In this document: positions 25,846 to 36,200 of the stretch, piece by piece | Layout: every line of letters begins with the position of its first letter | Position numbering within the stretch: position 1 is the stretch's first letter | Virus record (IMG/VR): IMGVR_UViG_3300020383_000006 | Coordinates: 64,001 to 128,000 of that record | Source of the DNA: a virus | Length of the DNA stretch: 64,000 nt | Reading direction: 5' to 3' (one strand) | The notes under the pieces: generated by a model | The model's input: the letters and a program-made list of their open reading frames with translations, nothing else | Told to the model about the DNA's origin: nothing | Databases searched by the model: none | Program-made: the position numbers and the translations under genes

Positions 25846-27446
25846 TAGAACGATTCCCCTTCAATTTCTTCAAAACTAACTCCAGCGCCAACGGCAGTGA
25901 AGTTAAGGCGAATATTGTTAATTGAACGTGCTGGGTCAATCATAATATCACCAACAAATTCAAAATTATCAATAACTTGTTCGGTGTTATTAGTATCATC
26001 AGCGACTACTTTGAAACGACGAATACCTCTACGCCCTTGAACGCCACCTAAGTAACGATCACTTGAGTTCTTAAATGAAGAACGCGTGATTTGGTCGTTA
26101 AATTCAAATAACTGATAACGAGCCGCACGAGCAATAGATTTCTTGACAACTATAAACAAGTTACGAACGTTTACCCTACTGAAAGCAGAAGGACGTTTTA
26201 GCATTGTTTTATCACCAAATAAAACTTTACCTTCACCTTCAAAATCAACAATTGAATTGATATTGTATTTATATAACTCATTCCTTGTTGTTTCGTCAGG
26301 ATTCCAGGCAAGTTCAATAGCGTTAAGCAATTGTCCACGATTTAGTCCAGCGAATGAGAACCAAGGTTCGTTTCTAGCGAACGTTCTAGCTTCAAGACCA
26401 GCTGTATCAGAATCACAAGGAATCCATACGTTAGTATCATTGTACTTATCGTAAACTTTTTTCCAGTTATCTGAACCGAACGCATAAGAAGTATTTTTAT
26501 TAATTGTAGAGTTAAAATAATCTTTAACATCTTCCAATGCACTTGCATTATTTAAAACGTCAGACAATTCTGGAGCAAAGTGAGTTTTACAATCTTGGCG
26601 TTGGTCGCATAAATCAATTAATGATGCAACTGATGTTGCAGGCATGACTGAAGCAAATGCGCTAATGAAATCAAGTTTTTCTTTATTAGAAAGGACTTGA
26701 ATTGCTGTATCAAAGTCGGCAGCAGTAGAATCATTTCCATCTACACCACCAGAAAATGAAGCTTCAAAAACGCCTTCACTACCAGTTTCATCTAACAAGA
26801 CAGCAGAAAAATCACCAAGGTAAATGTATTCTGATTGCTCCATCAATACTTTTTCGATGAAAGCTGAAGTTCCATCAGGTTTTTTACTTCCTTGAACGTT
26901 AGTCATTAATTCATAACTTTCAAGAATTGCGCCTTTTGAACCAGAAATCAATCCACCTTCGTCTACCACAACTAAGTTGAATTCACCTTCTTCTGGTACA
27001 TATTGAAATTCACCAGCATAAGCCCAGTTGTCATAATCAAAATTATCAGCAACTGATACTTTTAATGAATTACCTAATGCCCCAGGATATTTAGCAATAA
27101 ACGCCTTTCCTGTTGTATCAGTAGTTTCTAATTCACTTTCATTTTTAATTAAAACACCTGTGCCTGAAGAATCAGCGTTTTTTGCAACTAAATCATCAAT
27201 AGCACGAACCACAAATAATGGGTTTGCGTATTTAAGATAATTTGCTGCTGATAAGAAAAACTGTGATACTTCATTATTAGGGCGACCAAACTTTTGTAAA
27301 AGTTCTTTTTCATCAGTCGTAATTCTAATCGCCTTGTTCACAGGTCCCCAACGAAATAGACCCACCATTGCAGAAGCAGAACTATTCTGTCCTGCAACGT
27401 ACAGGCTTCTATCACGTTCAAATGTTTGTACATTTGGACTGCTCAT
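25845..27446 (-). CDS. 18: Tail sheath protein gp18
   Basis: FRWGPV, AKYPGALGN, PWFSFAGLNRG, FSRVNVRNLF, PARSINNIRLNF. Confidence 0.95.
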   Translation of the reverse strand: MSSPNVQTFERDRSLYVAGQNSSASAMVGLFRWGPVNKAIRITTDEKELLQKFGRPNNEVSQFFLSAANYLKYANPLFVVRAIDDLVAKNADSSGTGVLIKNESELETTDTTGKAFIAKYPGALGNSLKVSVADNFDYDNWAYAGEFQYVPEEGEFNLVVVDEGGLISGSKGAILESYELMTNVQGSKKPDGTSAFIEKVLMEQSEYIYLGDFSAVLLDETGSEGVFEASFSGGVDGNDSTAADFDTAIQVLSNKEKLDFISAFASVMPATSVASLIDLCDQRQDCKTHFAPELSDVLNNASALEDVKDYFNSTINKNTSYAFGSDNWKKVYDKYNDTNVWIPCDSDTAGLEARTFARNEPWFSFAGLNRGQLLNAIELAWNPDETTRNELYKYNINSIVDFEGEGKVLFGDKTMLKRPSAFSRVNVRNLFIVVKKSIARAARYQLFEFNDQITRSSFKNSSDRYLGGVQGRRGIRRFKVVADDTNNTEQVIDNFEFVGDIMIDPARSINNIRLNFTAVGAGVSFEEIEGESF

Positions 27447-27509
27447 TTATAACACCTCTCTAAATGTAGGATAAAAATTACCGTTTTATTTATTTATTAA
27501 ACGTTAATC

Positions 27510-29354
27510 TTAAAATTCTCCGAACGTTGGATCTTCAATTATTCTGTAACCAACATCTGGATCAACATCTTCACCTAATTCCATAAACGAATCACCATCA
27601 AATAAACTTCTACCGTCATCTATAATACCGAACGGCATTAATTCTTCTTCTCTTTCTTTTTTCGCTTGGTCAACTAATGAACTTCTGACATTAACATCAG
27701 TTAATTCTTTAAAGAATTCTGAGTTAGATAACCAAGCAAACATAACCAAAGGCATAACTAAATCATCATGAGCACCCTCAGCCGCAGCATACGAACCGCC
27801 TTTAGGCACAAAATCACCTAATTCATCAACTATGTTCATATGGTTAGGGTTAAATCTTCCTCGCTCAATCATTGTTTTAAGGTTTGCACACCCAATACGC
27901 TTGACGGACTTAGACATTTTCACGCCTATTCTACCATCAACTCTAAACGTTGGTGATTGCTGACCTTTTTCAGCAACGGTAAAGATAACATTTTCGTATT
28001 CTAAATCGTGGTATAAATCGCTACTGACTTGATGACCTGTACTTTCGTTTTCTATAAGTACCCAAGCCGCATTATATTCACCAGCCACGTTATAAATTAA
28101 TTCAGGTAATATAAGGCTTGATAACTTATTGTCGTGATACACACAAACAACTTCATACGGGTCTACAGATATATCTACAACTATCACTCCGTGGTAATCA
28201 CCACCAACGCCTTCTGAACAGTCCACTAAGCAGACATATTCATGACCCTCTATAGGTTTATGATATATGAATAACTTCCCTTCATTTAGCTCTTCAAGAG
28301 GTTCCTTAGTAATTAACTGCTCTAAGTAATTACCGGAAATAAGTGAGTTTGTGCTTCCACGGAAATGGCATTCGTGTTCTTGACGGAACTGTTCAGGTGA
28401 AGTGTTATTGATCGTTTCTTCTTTCCACGCCTGATCACGTCCAGGAACCATATCCCAAGTAACAAGTTTTTGAGCGTATGAGTTTTTACCAGCTTCAGAT
28501 TCTTGCCAAAGTTTATAGAACATTCCACGAGTACCGTTCGGTGTAGAAGTCACGATAACTTTAGAATTTTTACCAGAAGCAATTGTTGGATAGGTAGACT
28601 CATAGAAAGCCATATCATTGGGAATAAATGCCGCTTCATCAATATAAAGTAATGCAATAGATTTACCACGAATTGAACTTGATGAAGAAGCCGCTGAAAA
28701 GGCTTTAGAATTATTACTGAATACAACACTTTGTTTGTTGTAAACTTTAACTCCAGGTTGCAAAAAACAAGGAATTGATTCGTAAGATAATTGGACACGC
28801 TCAAGGATTTCTTGTGCTTGTGATGATTTGTTGGCTAATATTGCAGAAGTTTTAGCTTCTGAAAATATACTAAACCATAACAAATATGATGCCGTGGTCT
28901 GGGTTTTACCTGTTTGGCGCGATTGCATTGAAATAATGAATCGGTTGTTTTGGTACAAATCAAGTAAGTCTTCTTGGAAATCCCAAAGGTCAAATGGTAT
29001 GATACCATCATCAATAGATATAATTTTTACATATTTTCTAGTAAAATAAACAACGTCTAAAGCACATTTAATCCATTCCAGTTTTTGCTTAACTGTAAAT
29101 TTCTTTTCGTTCTTTTTTATGCCGTGACGAAGTAACCCTTCTTTATTTTGGTACCACCAATGTTCAGGAACTTCTTCAAAATTCCAATCATCAACAGTAA
29201 TACCCATCGTATCCTTTCTTAGGAATTTCTTTACAAGACCTTTATTTTCGTCATAAAATTCTTTTAAGTTTGGAAATGGACAAACATTTTCAAACTCATA
29301 AATTTTATTCGTTATAGTTGTATCATTACTTGTATCAATCTTCCTGATTTTCAT
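27510..29354 (-). CDS. 17: Terminase large subunit gp17
   Basis: SRQTGKT Walker A, YIDEAAFI Walker B, TSTPNG, DCSEGVGGDY, HDDLVM. Confidence 0.97.
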   Translation of the reverse strand: MKIRKIDTSNDTTITNKIYEFENVCPFPNLKEFYDENKGLVKKFLRKDTMGITVDDWNFEEVPEHWWYQNKEGLLRHGIKKNEKKFTVKQKLEWIKCALDVVYFTRKYVKIISIDDGIIPFDLWDFQEDLLDLYQNNRFIISMQSRQTGKTQTTASYLLWFSIFSEAKTSAILANKSSQAQEILERVQLSYESIPCFLQPGVKVYNKQSVVFSNNSKAFSAASSSSSIRGKSIALLYIDEAAFIPNDMAFYESTYPTIASGKNSKVIVTSTPNGTRGMFYKLWQESEAGKNSYAQKLVTWDMVPGRDQAWKEETINNTSPEQFRQEHECHFRGSTNSLISGNYLEQLITKEPLEELNEGKLFIYHKPIEGHEYVCLVDCSEGVGGDYHGVIVVDISVDPYEVVCVYHDNKLSSLILPELIYNVAGEYNAAWVLIENESTGHQVSSDLYHDLEYENVIFTVAEKGQQSPTFRVDGRIGVKMSKSVKRIGCANLKTMIERGRFNPNHMNIVDELGDFVPKGGSYAAAEGAHDDLVMPLVMFAWLSNSEFFKELTDVNVRSSLVDQAKKEREEELMPFGIIDDGRSLFDGDSFMELGEDVDPDVGYRIIEDPTFGEF

Positions 29355-29859
29355 TATTTGGTTCTTCTTTTTTATTATCTAGTTCTTCAAGTTCACGTTC
29401 TAGATCATCAATTTCTTTTTTATCAGAGTTGTAGTAATGGTTATTGACTTGGGTATAATTAGATTGACCTTCACCACCTTCATCTAATTTATCTTTCAAC
29501 GTTTTATGTAAATTAATAAGTTCTTTTGAAATATTAGACGAATTATTCATCAACTGCCCAGCAACTTCTAATGCTCTTGGGTGTTCACTTAACATAGCCA
29601 ATTTTAATGCTTGTTCTATAGCAAAGTTAGTTCTACCCATTAACCCGTATAAATTAGAACGTGCGTTCTTATAATCTTCAAGCAAATCCGCTTGTGAAGA
29701 AATTGCTGTAGAATCTTTATTATCATAAGTTACTGGTGTTATTTCAATATTATCGAATACTGAACCTTCTTGTTCCTGAACTTCTGTATTAGAATTATCC
29801 CCAGGAACTTCTTTTTCCAGTAACTCAGTTAATTGTTTTTCAAAATTAGAATTTGGCAT
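29335..29859 (-). CDS. 16: Terminase small subunit gp16
   Basis: DYKNARSNL, SEHPRALEV; overlaps the gp17 start. Confidence 0.88.
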   Translation of the reverse strand: MPNSNFEKQLTELLEKEVPGDNSNTEVQEQEGSVFDNIEITPVTYDNKDSTAISSQADLLEDYKNARSNLYGLMGRTNFAIEQALKLAMLSEHPRALEVAGQLMNNSSNISKELINLHKTLKDKLDEGGEGQSNYTQVNNHYYNSDKKEIDDLERELEELDNKKEEPNNENQED

Positions 29860-30557
29860 TATTCAGTTATCACCTGTTGTTCATCAGTCAATTCAACTTT
29901 GGGGTCTAATTCAAAATAATTGACATTAACTTGTTTAATAACTTTTTGGTTTCTGGTTGCTCTATACAACCAACCTTTTAACGTAATACTAAACGATGAT
30001 TCTATAATTTGAGGGTCTTCAAATTCCCCTTCATAATTATTTTCTAATGAGGAATCATCTAACGTAACTATAACCGAAGAACTTGAATTTAAATCGTTGT
30101 TATCTTTGACAACAACTTCTATTTCAGGGTCTATTGCTGTTAATATTTGTTCAACAATTTGTAAATTATCTTCAAGGTATTTTGTTTTCGCTCTAACTTC
30201 AAATTGGAAATTATAAGGAATTCTATTATATTGGAAATCTGAACTACCATCAGTTTCTCTATTGAAACTGTTACTAGATAACTTATTGTTTCTATTAGTC
30301 ATCCTAGAATCGTCACGTTCCCAACCTGTTAATAAGAAAGCCATTCTAGGTAAATTCATATTATACCCAAGGTCATCCCGACCGCTTCTATCAACTTCAT
30401 TGGCTTCGTTATTCTTTTGTTTACCAGAATACTGGATAGGTACTTTAATCACTTTACCGTTATGGCGTTTTATTTTTATGTCATTGAATATTGACCCAAT
30501 AATCCCAGTATAGATCCATATTGTTTTATGGTAAGAATATTTTTCTAATAACATCAC
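29859..30557 (-). CDS. 15: Tail sheath stabiliser / tail completion protein gp15
   Basis: GSIFNDI, KVPIQY, LPRMAF, LQIVEQIL, LKGWLY. Confidence 0.9.
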   Translation of the reverse strand: MMLLEKYSYHKTIWIYTGIIGSIFNDIKIKRHNGKVIKVPIQYSGKQKNNEANEVDRSGRDDLGYNMNLPRMAFLLTGWERDDSRMTNRNNKLSSNSFNRETDGSSDFQYNRIPYNFQFEVRAKTKYLEDNLQIVEQILTAIDPEIEVVVKDNNDLNSSSSVIVTLDDSSLENNYEGEFEDPQIIESSFSITLKGWLYRATRNQKVIKQVNVNYFELDPKVELTDEQQVITE

Positions 30558-31180
30558 TTAACTCCGAACGGGTTGTTTGGGTCAAATTCTAAATATTCAT
30601 TAGATTCAAAATCATCATTATCACCGCCTGATGATTCAGTATCATTTTCAGAATCATAAATTTCCATTTCAACTAAGTAATCTTCAATATCATAACCGAT
30701 TGTATCAATATCTTCATGAGAATAATCAAACGCAACTACTTTAAGTTCATAAACGTAGTTTTTTCCTTTTTCGAAAAATTCAGATTCTTCTTCACAATAT
30801 TTTAATTCTAATAACGAATTGGTTACTGGGATATAAAGTAAATCGCCAGCTTGGGGTTTATCAATATTGGGAAACTTTTCTCCGAATACTTTCTTAGATA
30901 CAACATAAGAAGCAGTATCCTGAAACTCATGTGCAAAGAAAGTCATTCCTTCCATTCCACCAAACCCATCAACGCTTACTGGATACATTGGTAATCTTTC
31001 AAAATGTTCATAATAAGCAGAAGAATCTTCATTGTATAAAAAATCAATATTATCTTGTGAACGACGGATGTAAAAAACCTCAAGACCCATATTGAATATT
31101 GTTTCATCAACTAGGTCTTGAATTAGGTTTTGTTCATTACTTGCGTTGTAATGATTAAAATGCTTATTAGTTACACTCAT
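30554..31180 (-). CDS. 14: Neck protein gp14
   Basis: EQNLIQDLVDETI, PQAGDLLYIP, FDYSHE, FDPNNPFG. Confidence 0.9.
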   Translation of the reverse strand: MSVTNKHFNHYNASNEQNLIQDLVDETIFNMGLEVFYIRRSQDNIDFLYNEDSSAYYEHFERLPMYPVSVDGFGGMEGMTFFAHEFQDTASYVVSKKVFGEKFPNIDKPQAGDLLYIPVTNSLLELKYCEEESEFFEKGKNYVYELKVVAFDYSHEDIDTIGYDIEDYLVEMEIYDSENDTESSGGDNDDFESNEYLEFDPNNPFGVK

Positions 31181-31210
31181 TATAATTTTTATTTATAGAA
31201 ACCATAAGTA

Positions 31211-31501
31211 TTATTTATACTGGGTTATACTACCATTAATAGTTTTTTCTGAATACGTTACAGCCCCAACATAAGCAATAACGATAGAAGAAAAGAAACC
31301 TATAAGAGCAATGAATATCCCATTAAACTCTGAAGCGGCTTTTGCTTGTTCAATATCAACAAGGTACGCTCCAGCTAAAAAAATAATTGAAATTAGCATC
31401 AAAAACCCGAATGAAGCTAATGCTAACCTTCTTCTAATTTTCCATTTTCTACGATCCCTTTCAAATTCAGCTTGTTCTTTTTCTTTTTCAAAGGTATCCA
31501 T
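31211..31501 (-). CDS. Two-TM membrane protein, holin candidate
   Basis: Basic RRKWKIRRR followed by two hydrophobic segments; about 1 kb from the endolysin. Confidence 0.5.
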   Translation of the reverse strand: MDTFEKEKEQAEFERDRRKWKIRRRLALASFGFLMLISIIFLAGAYLVDIEQAKAASEFNGIFIALIGFFSSIVIAYVGAVTYSEKTINGSITQYK

Positions 31502-31790
31502 TTTTATTTCCCAAAAATTGATTCCAACTAATTAATTCAGGTGATTTTACTTTTGGCCATAGACCATAACCAAAGAAATTAAATTGTTTGTATTTCATGA
31601 TTCCTATTGGTGTTATACCTTCTCTTTCTTCAGGTTCTAACCTTAAAAAAGTTCTTGCGTCACAAAAAGGTTCAAGAACTTTTTGATCATTAAATTTAAA
31701 ACCTGAATCATACATAACCATATATTCAGTAACAAATCTAGGGACAATAAAATCATAAATATCAAACAATAATTCTTTTATATTACCCAT
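31488..31790 (-). CDS. Hypothetical protein
   Basis: 100-aa ORF packed between gp13 and the holin candidate. Confidence 0.6.
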   Translation of the reverse strand: MGNIKELLFDIYDFIVPRFVTEYMVMYDSGFKFNDQKVLEPFCDARTFLRLEPEEREGITPIGIMKYKQFNFFGYGLWPKVKSPELISWNQFLGNKNGYL

Positions 31791-31793
31791 ATT

Positions 31794-32537
31794 TTACCCC
31801 ACGATAAATGAAAGAGGTTCGCTATATTTTTCTTCAAGTTCAACTTCTAATTGTTCTATTTCTTCTACTGCTTCATCATATATTTGTTGACCGTTTAATT
31901 CGACGCCACCGAGAAGTTGAACACCGCTCATTTTCTTCATGTTGTTCCCCCACTGCTTCTTAATTAAAGCAGTCGTATACTTCTTCAGCCATACCTCATT
32001 AAACATGCTAGGGGCATTTTGTGGGTCTAATAAGCGGATAACTTTAAACCCTAAAGGATAATCAACACCAAGTTCACCTAAAGAAGAAGCTGAATTAATA
32101 TAAATTCTGTTTTGGTGTCTAACAAAATTATATGAACTTGCACCTGATAACATGTCAGAAACAGAATTGTAATTAAACATTTTCATAAAATAATCTGAAG
32201 AATCAAATGGAGTAAAATTACTTAATTCTTGCATTGCTACTTGATACTGATATGAAAATAAGCTATTGTGAGCAACAATTTCATTAATAGGCATAATATC
32301 GGTTACAACTAAAATATTATCCGGTAATGACATATAACCGTTATCGATATCTTCTTGAGTTATTTTGTAACTAACCCATTCTTCTACTGAACCGTCATAG
32401 TGTTCTTCGGTATATTTTTGTAGAGCATCATCAATTCTGTCCTGAATTTGTTCTTCAGCGACATTAATATTAATGACTGGTTTACCCAATTGTCTTAGGC
32501 AATATTCTTTTAATTTTTCTCTACTATTAACAGACAT
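31794..32537 (-). CDS. 13: Neck protein gp13
   Basis: LKEYCLRQLGKPVININV, WLKKYTTALIKKQWG.N, LLGGVELNG. Confidence 0.93.
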   Translation of the reverse strand: MSVNSREKLKEYCLRQLGKPVININVAEEQIQDRIDDALQKYTEEHYDGSVEEWVSYKITQEDIDNGYMSLPDNILVVTDIMPINEIVAHNSLFSYQYQVAMQELSNFTPFDSSDYFMKMFNYNSVSDMLSGASSYNFVRHQNRIYINSASSLGELGVDYPLGFKVIRLLDPQNAPSMFNEVWLKKYTTALIKKQWGNNMKKMSGVQLLGGVELNGQQIYDEAVEEIEQLEVELEEKYSEPLSFIVG

Positions 32538-32538
32538 C

Positions 32539-33126
32539 TTATTTTACCTTTTCAAAATGCGGTGCATCAATAAAAGGCTTTTCACCTTTCTTTTTCTTGA
32601 ATTGTTTGTACTGGTTAACGTCCCTTTCAGGATCATTTATAAAACGCAACTTTTTCCAACAACCACCCCACCTCATTTCAAGGTTAGGGTATTTTTCCTC
32701 TCTTAATCTTTCTTGCGCCTTTTTAAATGCTTCTACAATAGGAAAATAATAACGATAATCCCAAACAGCTTTACCATCAACATAAGCAAAAACGTCTACT
32801 GCCAATCCATCTAAGTGTTTAGATTTCAGTGTTTGGGTTTTGCCCTCATCCAATAATTTCTTTTGTCTTTCTAAAGAACGTAGACCTTCAGAAACACCGA
32901 AATCAACTTCTGAATAAGAAATTGCTAACTTAGCCAATTCCGCAATTTCTTTATCTACTCCTTCAAGGTTTTTTAAGCTGTTATTAGAAAACTTAAATTT
33001 GTTTATTGGTTTCGGTAAGTTGTCTAATTGTTGATTCGAGGGTTGTGACTCTTTTTTCGAGGTCTGCAACGACCCGAAACAATTCACGACTTTTCTTTTT
33101 AGACCGTTTATAATTTTCATACTCAC
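32539..33126 (-). CDS. Endolysin, peptidase M15 (L-Ala-D-Glu peptidase-like); start codon uncertain
   Basis: FKFSNNSLKNLEGV, EGLRSLERQ, SKHLDGLAVD, RWGG.W, DAPHFE. Confidence 0.88.
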   Translation of the reverse strand: MSMKIINGLKRKVVNCFGSLQTSKKESQPSNQQLDNLPKPINKFKFSNNSLKNLEGVDKEIAELAKLAISYSEVDFGVSEGLRSLERQKKLLDEGKTQTLKSKHLDGLAVDVFAYVDGKAVWDYRYYFPIVEAFKKAQERLREEKYPNLEMRWGGCWKKLRFINDPERDVNQYKQFKKKKGEKPFIDAPHFEKVK

Positions 33127-33199
33127 TCACATTTGTATTTGAAATTGTACCAGTATGAGGGTCTTTAACAAGACCCTCTTTACCCGTTATCCTATGCAT
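32993..33199 (-). CDS. Small T4-like-phage protein with coiled-coil tail
   Basis: GLVKDPHTGTISNTN..EY motif, recalled as typical of the small ORF that follows VrlC-like genes. Confidence 0.65.
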   Translation of the reverse strand: MHRITGKEGLVKDPHTGTISNTNVSEYENYKRSKKKSRELFRVVADLEKRVTTLESTIRQLTETNKQI

Positions 33200-33203
33200 A
33201 TAT

Positions 33204-36200
33204 TTAACCTTTCAAGTTTGCTATACAACGCAACCTTTTACAAATAGGTGCCATAGAAGCGTTTTTAGATTTAAGTTGAATCATTACTTGGTAATGAGTA
33301 AACTCGCTTCTACCTTCTACAGCAAATTCACATTCCCTATATTCATTAGGTGAAGTATTATAAACAATTTGATTTAATGGTTCCCATGAAGATTCTAATA
33401 CTTCTTCTTCAGAATTACCGTATCTAGCTGTGATTACTGTATCAGCTTCATCACCTTGCATAATATCCAAGAATATATTCAATGAATCGGCTGGTAATTT
33501 AAGACCAGAAACTCTAGTTCTATAATTAGCGAAGTTATTAGAACCATCATTTAAATCTTGATCTTTATAATCTACCAAAACACAAGGCGTAATTACTGAC
33601 AACCCTTGTAAATCTAATACTGGAGAAATATTAGAATTACCTGAATTCATTCTTAAACGGAATGAAAGGCTTCTAGAACCACCAATATTATTTTGTTCAT
33701 CAAGTCTATTAGTAATAACCCAAGGTTGAGGTAATAGATTGTTCCTATCGTTAGCAACAGGGAAATATTGTGTCAGTTGACTATATGAGTTTTCATTGCC
33801 GTCAATTGATTGCCCTCTTGTACCCTTAACACCGTATTCGACAGAAGTACCGTCTAATTCAATAGTAGGTACGTTCGGTCTCAATAAAGTTGCTTGTATC
33901 GTGTTTGAGACAGTTACTGTATCTTCCCCAATAAACCCTGAAGCGTTAGCAATCCCTGTAGAAGTTATTTCAATTCTATTAGGATCTAAAACATCAGTAA
34001 TTGTCCAATCACCGTTAATTTCATTCAAAGCAAATCCATTACCGCCTGTTGCATTCTGAATAGTAATTGTACCACCCTGAATGTAGTTGTGTCTTGGTGC
34101 ATGAATAATTAATTTAGAACTTCCGTCTACTGTTTCAATTGGATTATTTTCCAATACAATTTTATCCAACTCAGTATTTTCTAAATATACCAATCCATTA
34201 GAAGAAGTATCAAAGTTAGCCATATAAATTCTAAATTGAAGGTCAGCCGTTTGGTCAGCTGTCCAAGTAGAATTATTTTGTGACTTAAACAATACACCCG
34301 CATAAGGTTGTTCAACAATATATTGGTTATTACCTAAGTTTCTTTCACCTAATCTACCAATCCATGCATTATAGTTATTTGAGTTGGACAAAATAACAAA
34401 ACAATATTCACTTTGATCAAGAAGGTGTACAGGGTACTCAAATTCAAACGTAGTAGGAACTGACCCGTCCTCAGAAGTATTAACTTCTGAAGGGTATAAC
34501 ATAACGTCAGCCCCAGGAACAATCCTCTGAGTAGGTTGTCCATTTTCCATTTCGCGAACTTGTAACGTTACTGGTACGCGCTGATCTTTAGTAGCAAAGA
34601 AAACATCAATTTTCGTAATGAACCCGCCACCGTTTCTTTCTACTAAGAAAGATTGAGCTAATGGGTCAACCCAACGAGTTTGAGTGGTAGTTCTAGACGT
34701 TACCGAAGTTTCGATATTTCTAGTTGCTACAATCGTTCTACGTCTAACTTGACGAATACCGCTTGCAGTAAACATAGTTTCCGCATAAGAAGTAGATAAT
34801 TGACGATTATTATTTGGTTCATCCGTAACAATAAATTGCTTTTGACCCGTCTTAAACCTTCTTTGGCTTGTATTAGGGATTAAGAATACTGCTTCAAATT
34901 TACCATCACCGTCAGTAACCACATCATTCCCATAAGAACCACCTACAGGCTTAACGTAATTGTTGATTTTAACGCTATCAAAGAAGAAGTGCATTTTAGC
35001 ATTCGGTCTATTCCCTTCACCTTCAATAAGAATTTCTTTTGAACGCATATAAGGAATAACCGAAGTATCAATAACTTTGTCGTTAACAACTTCAATATTT
35101 GTTCTAGTTGTAGTGGTTGTATTAACAACAGTGGTTGAAATTCTTCGCTCCCTTCTACCTCTCATCGTTCTATTAGTAGAAGTTTCAGTTTCAGTTTCTG
35201 AAGTTTCTCCACCAACCCAATTCAATTCCCAAGAATTCCAAGTTTGAGTTAATTCACCATTATTGAATATTCTGTAAGTTACATCAGGTTGAGTATATAT
35301 TGGGTCAATCCATGAATCAACTGAAGGAGTTAATGTAACTGCTCCATCCCAACGGAATACCGCATATGGGTTAACATTCATTGTTTCTGAACGTTGGTTT
35401 TGGGTAACATACGTTTCATGCGTAAATGGTAGTGTTACAATTTGGCCATTAACAACCACGCCCGTAGATGAAGAAGTATTCATTTCTAAATCTACAGCAT
35501 TTAGTGAAAATTCAGGTCTAAGTTCGCCCTGTTCAGACATAGATACATGATAATTTTGCCAAGCAAAATCACCAACACTATGGTCAACGAAACGGTCAGT
35601 CAAGAAACCGTTTTTAAAACGATTCATACCTGTTTCGCCGTCAATAATTTGACGTGAATCAGCTTCTGATTCCAATGAATTTAGTGATACATAATATTCT
35701 ACGTTAGATACACGTTGAGCAATATTACCAATATCCCTCATTGTATATCTTCTATTTTTAACCTTAATAGAATCAATTTCAGAAATATCCGGTGTGTACG
35801 CAGGGATTTCTATCTTATAAAGAACCATTGAATTCGGTGGATCGTTTGGTTCTTTAGGTTGTAACGCTGGTACACCTTTAGCAACTCTAAAGTTTTGACG
35901 TGAATCCACATACAATTTGTCAATTCTAGGAAGGTAATGTTCAATATCAGAGCGCATGACACTATAAGGCGTCGGAATAGCCCCTGAAACGCTCCCTGTG
36001 GAGAAGAAGTCATCACCGCTATCGCTTACCCTTGGTCTAAAATCAATAACGTCTGACAGTCTTCTACCGTCCTCAGTTGGTACTTCGCCAAAAGGAATGT
36101 TTACATAAGAATCAGGACCAAAGAAATCACCGTCAGAATGACCGTAATATTTGAAACTGATAGTAACAGGCATAACCGCAGTTTCACCTGACTTTAATTC

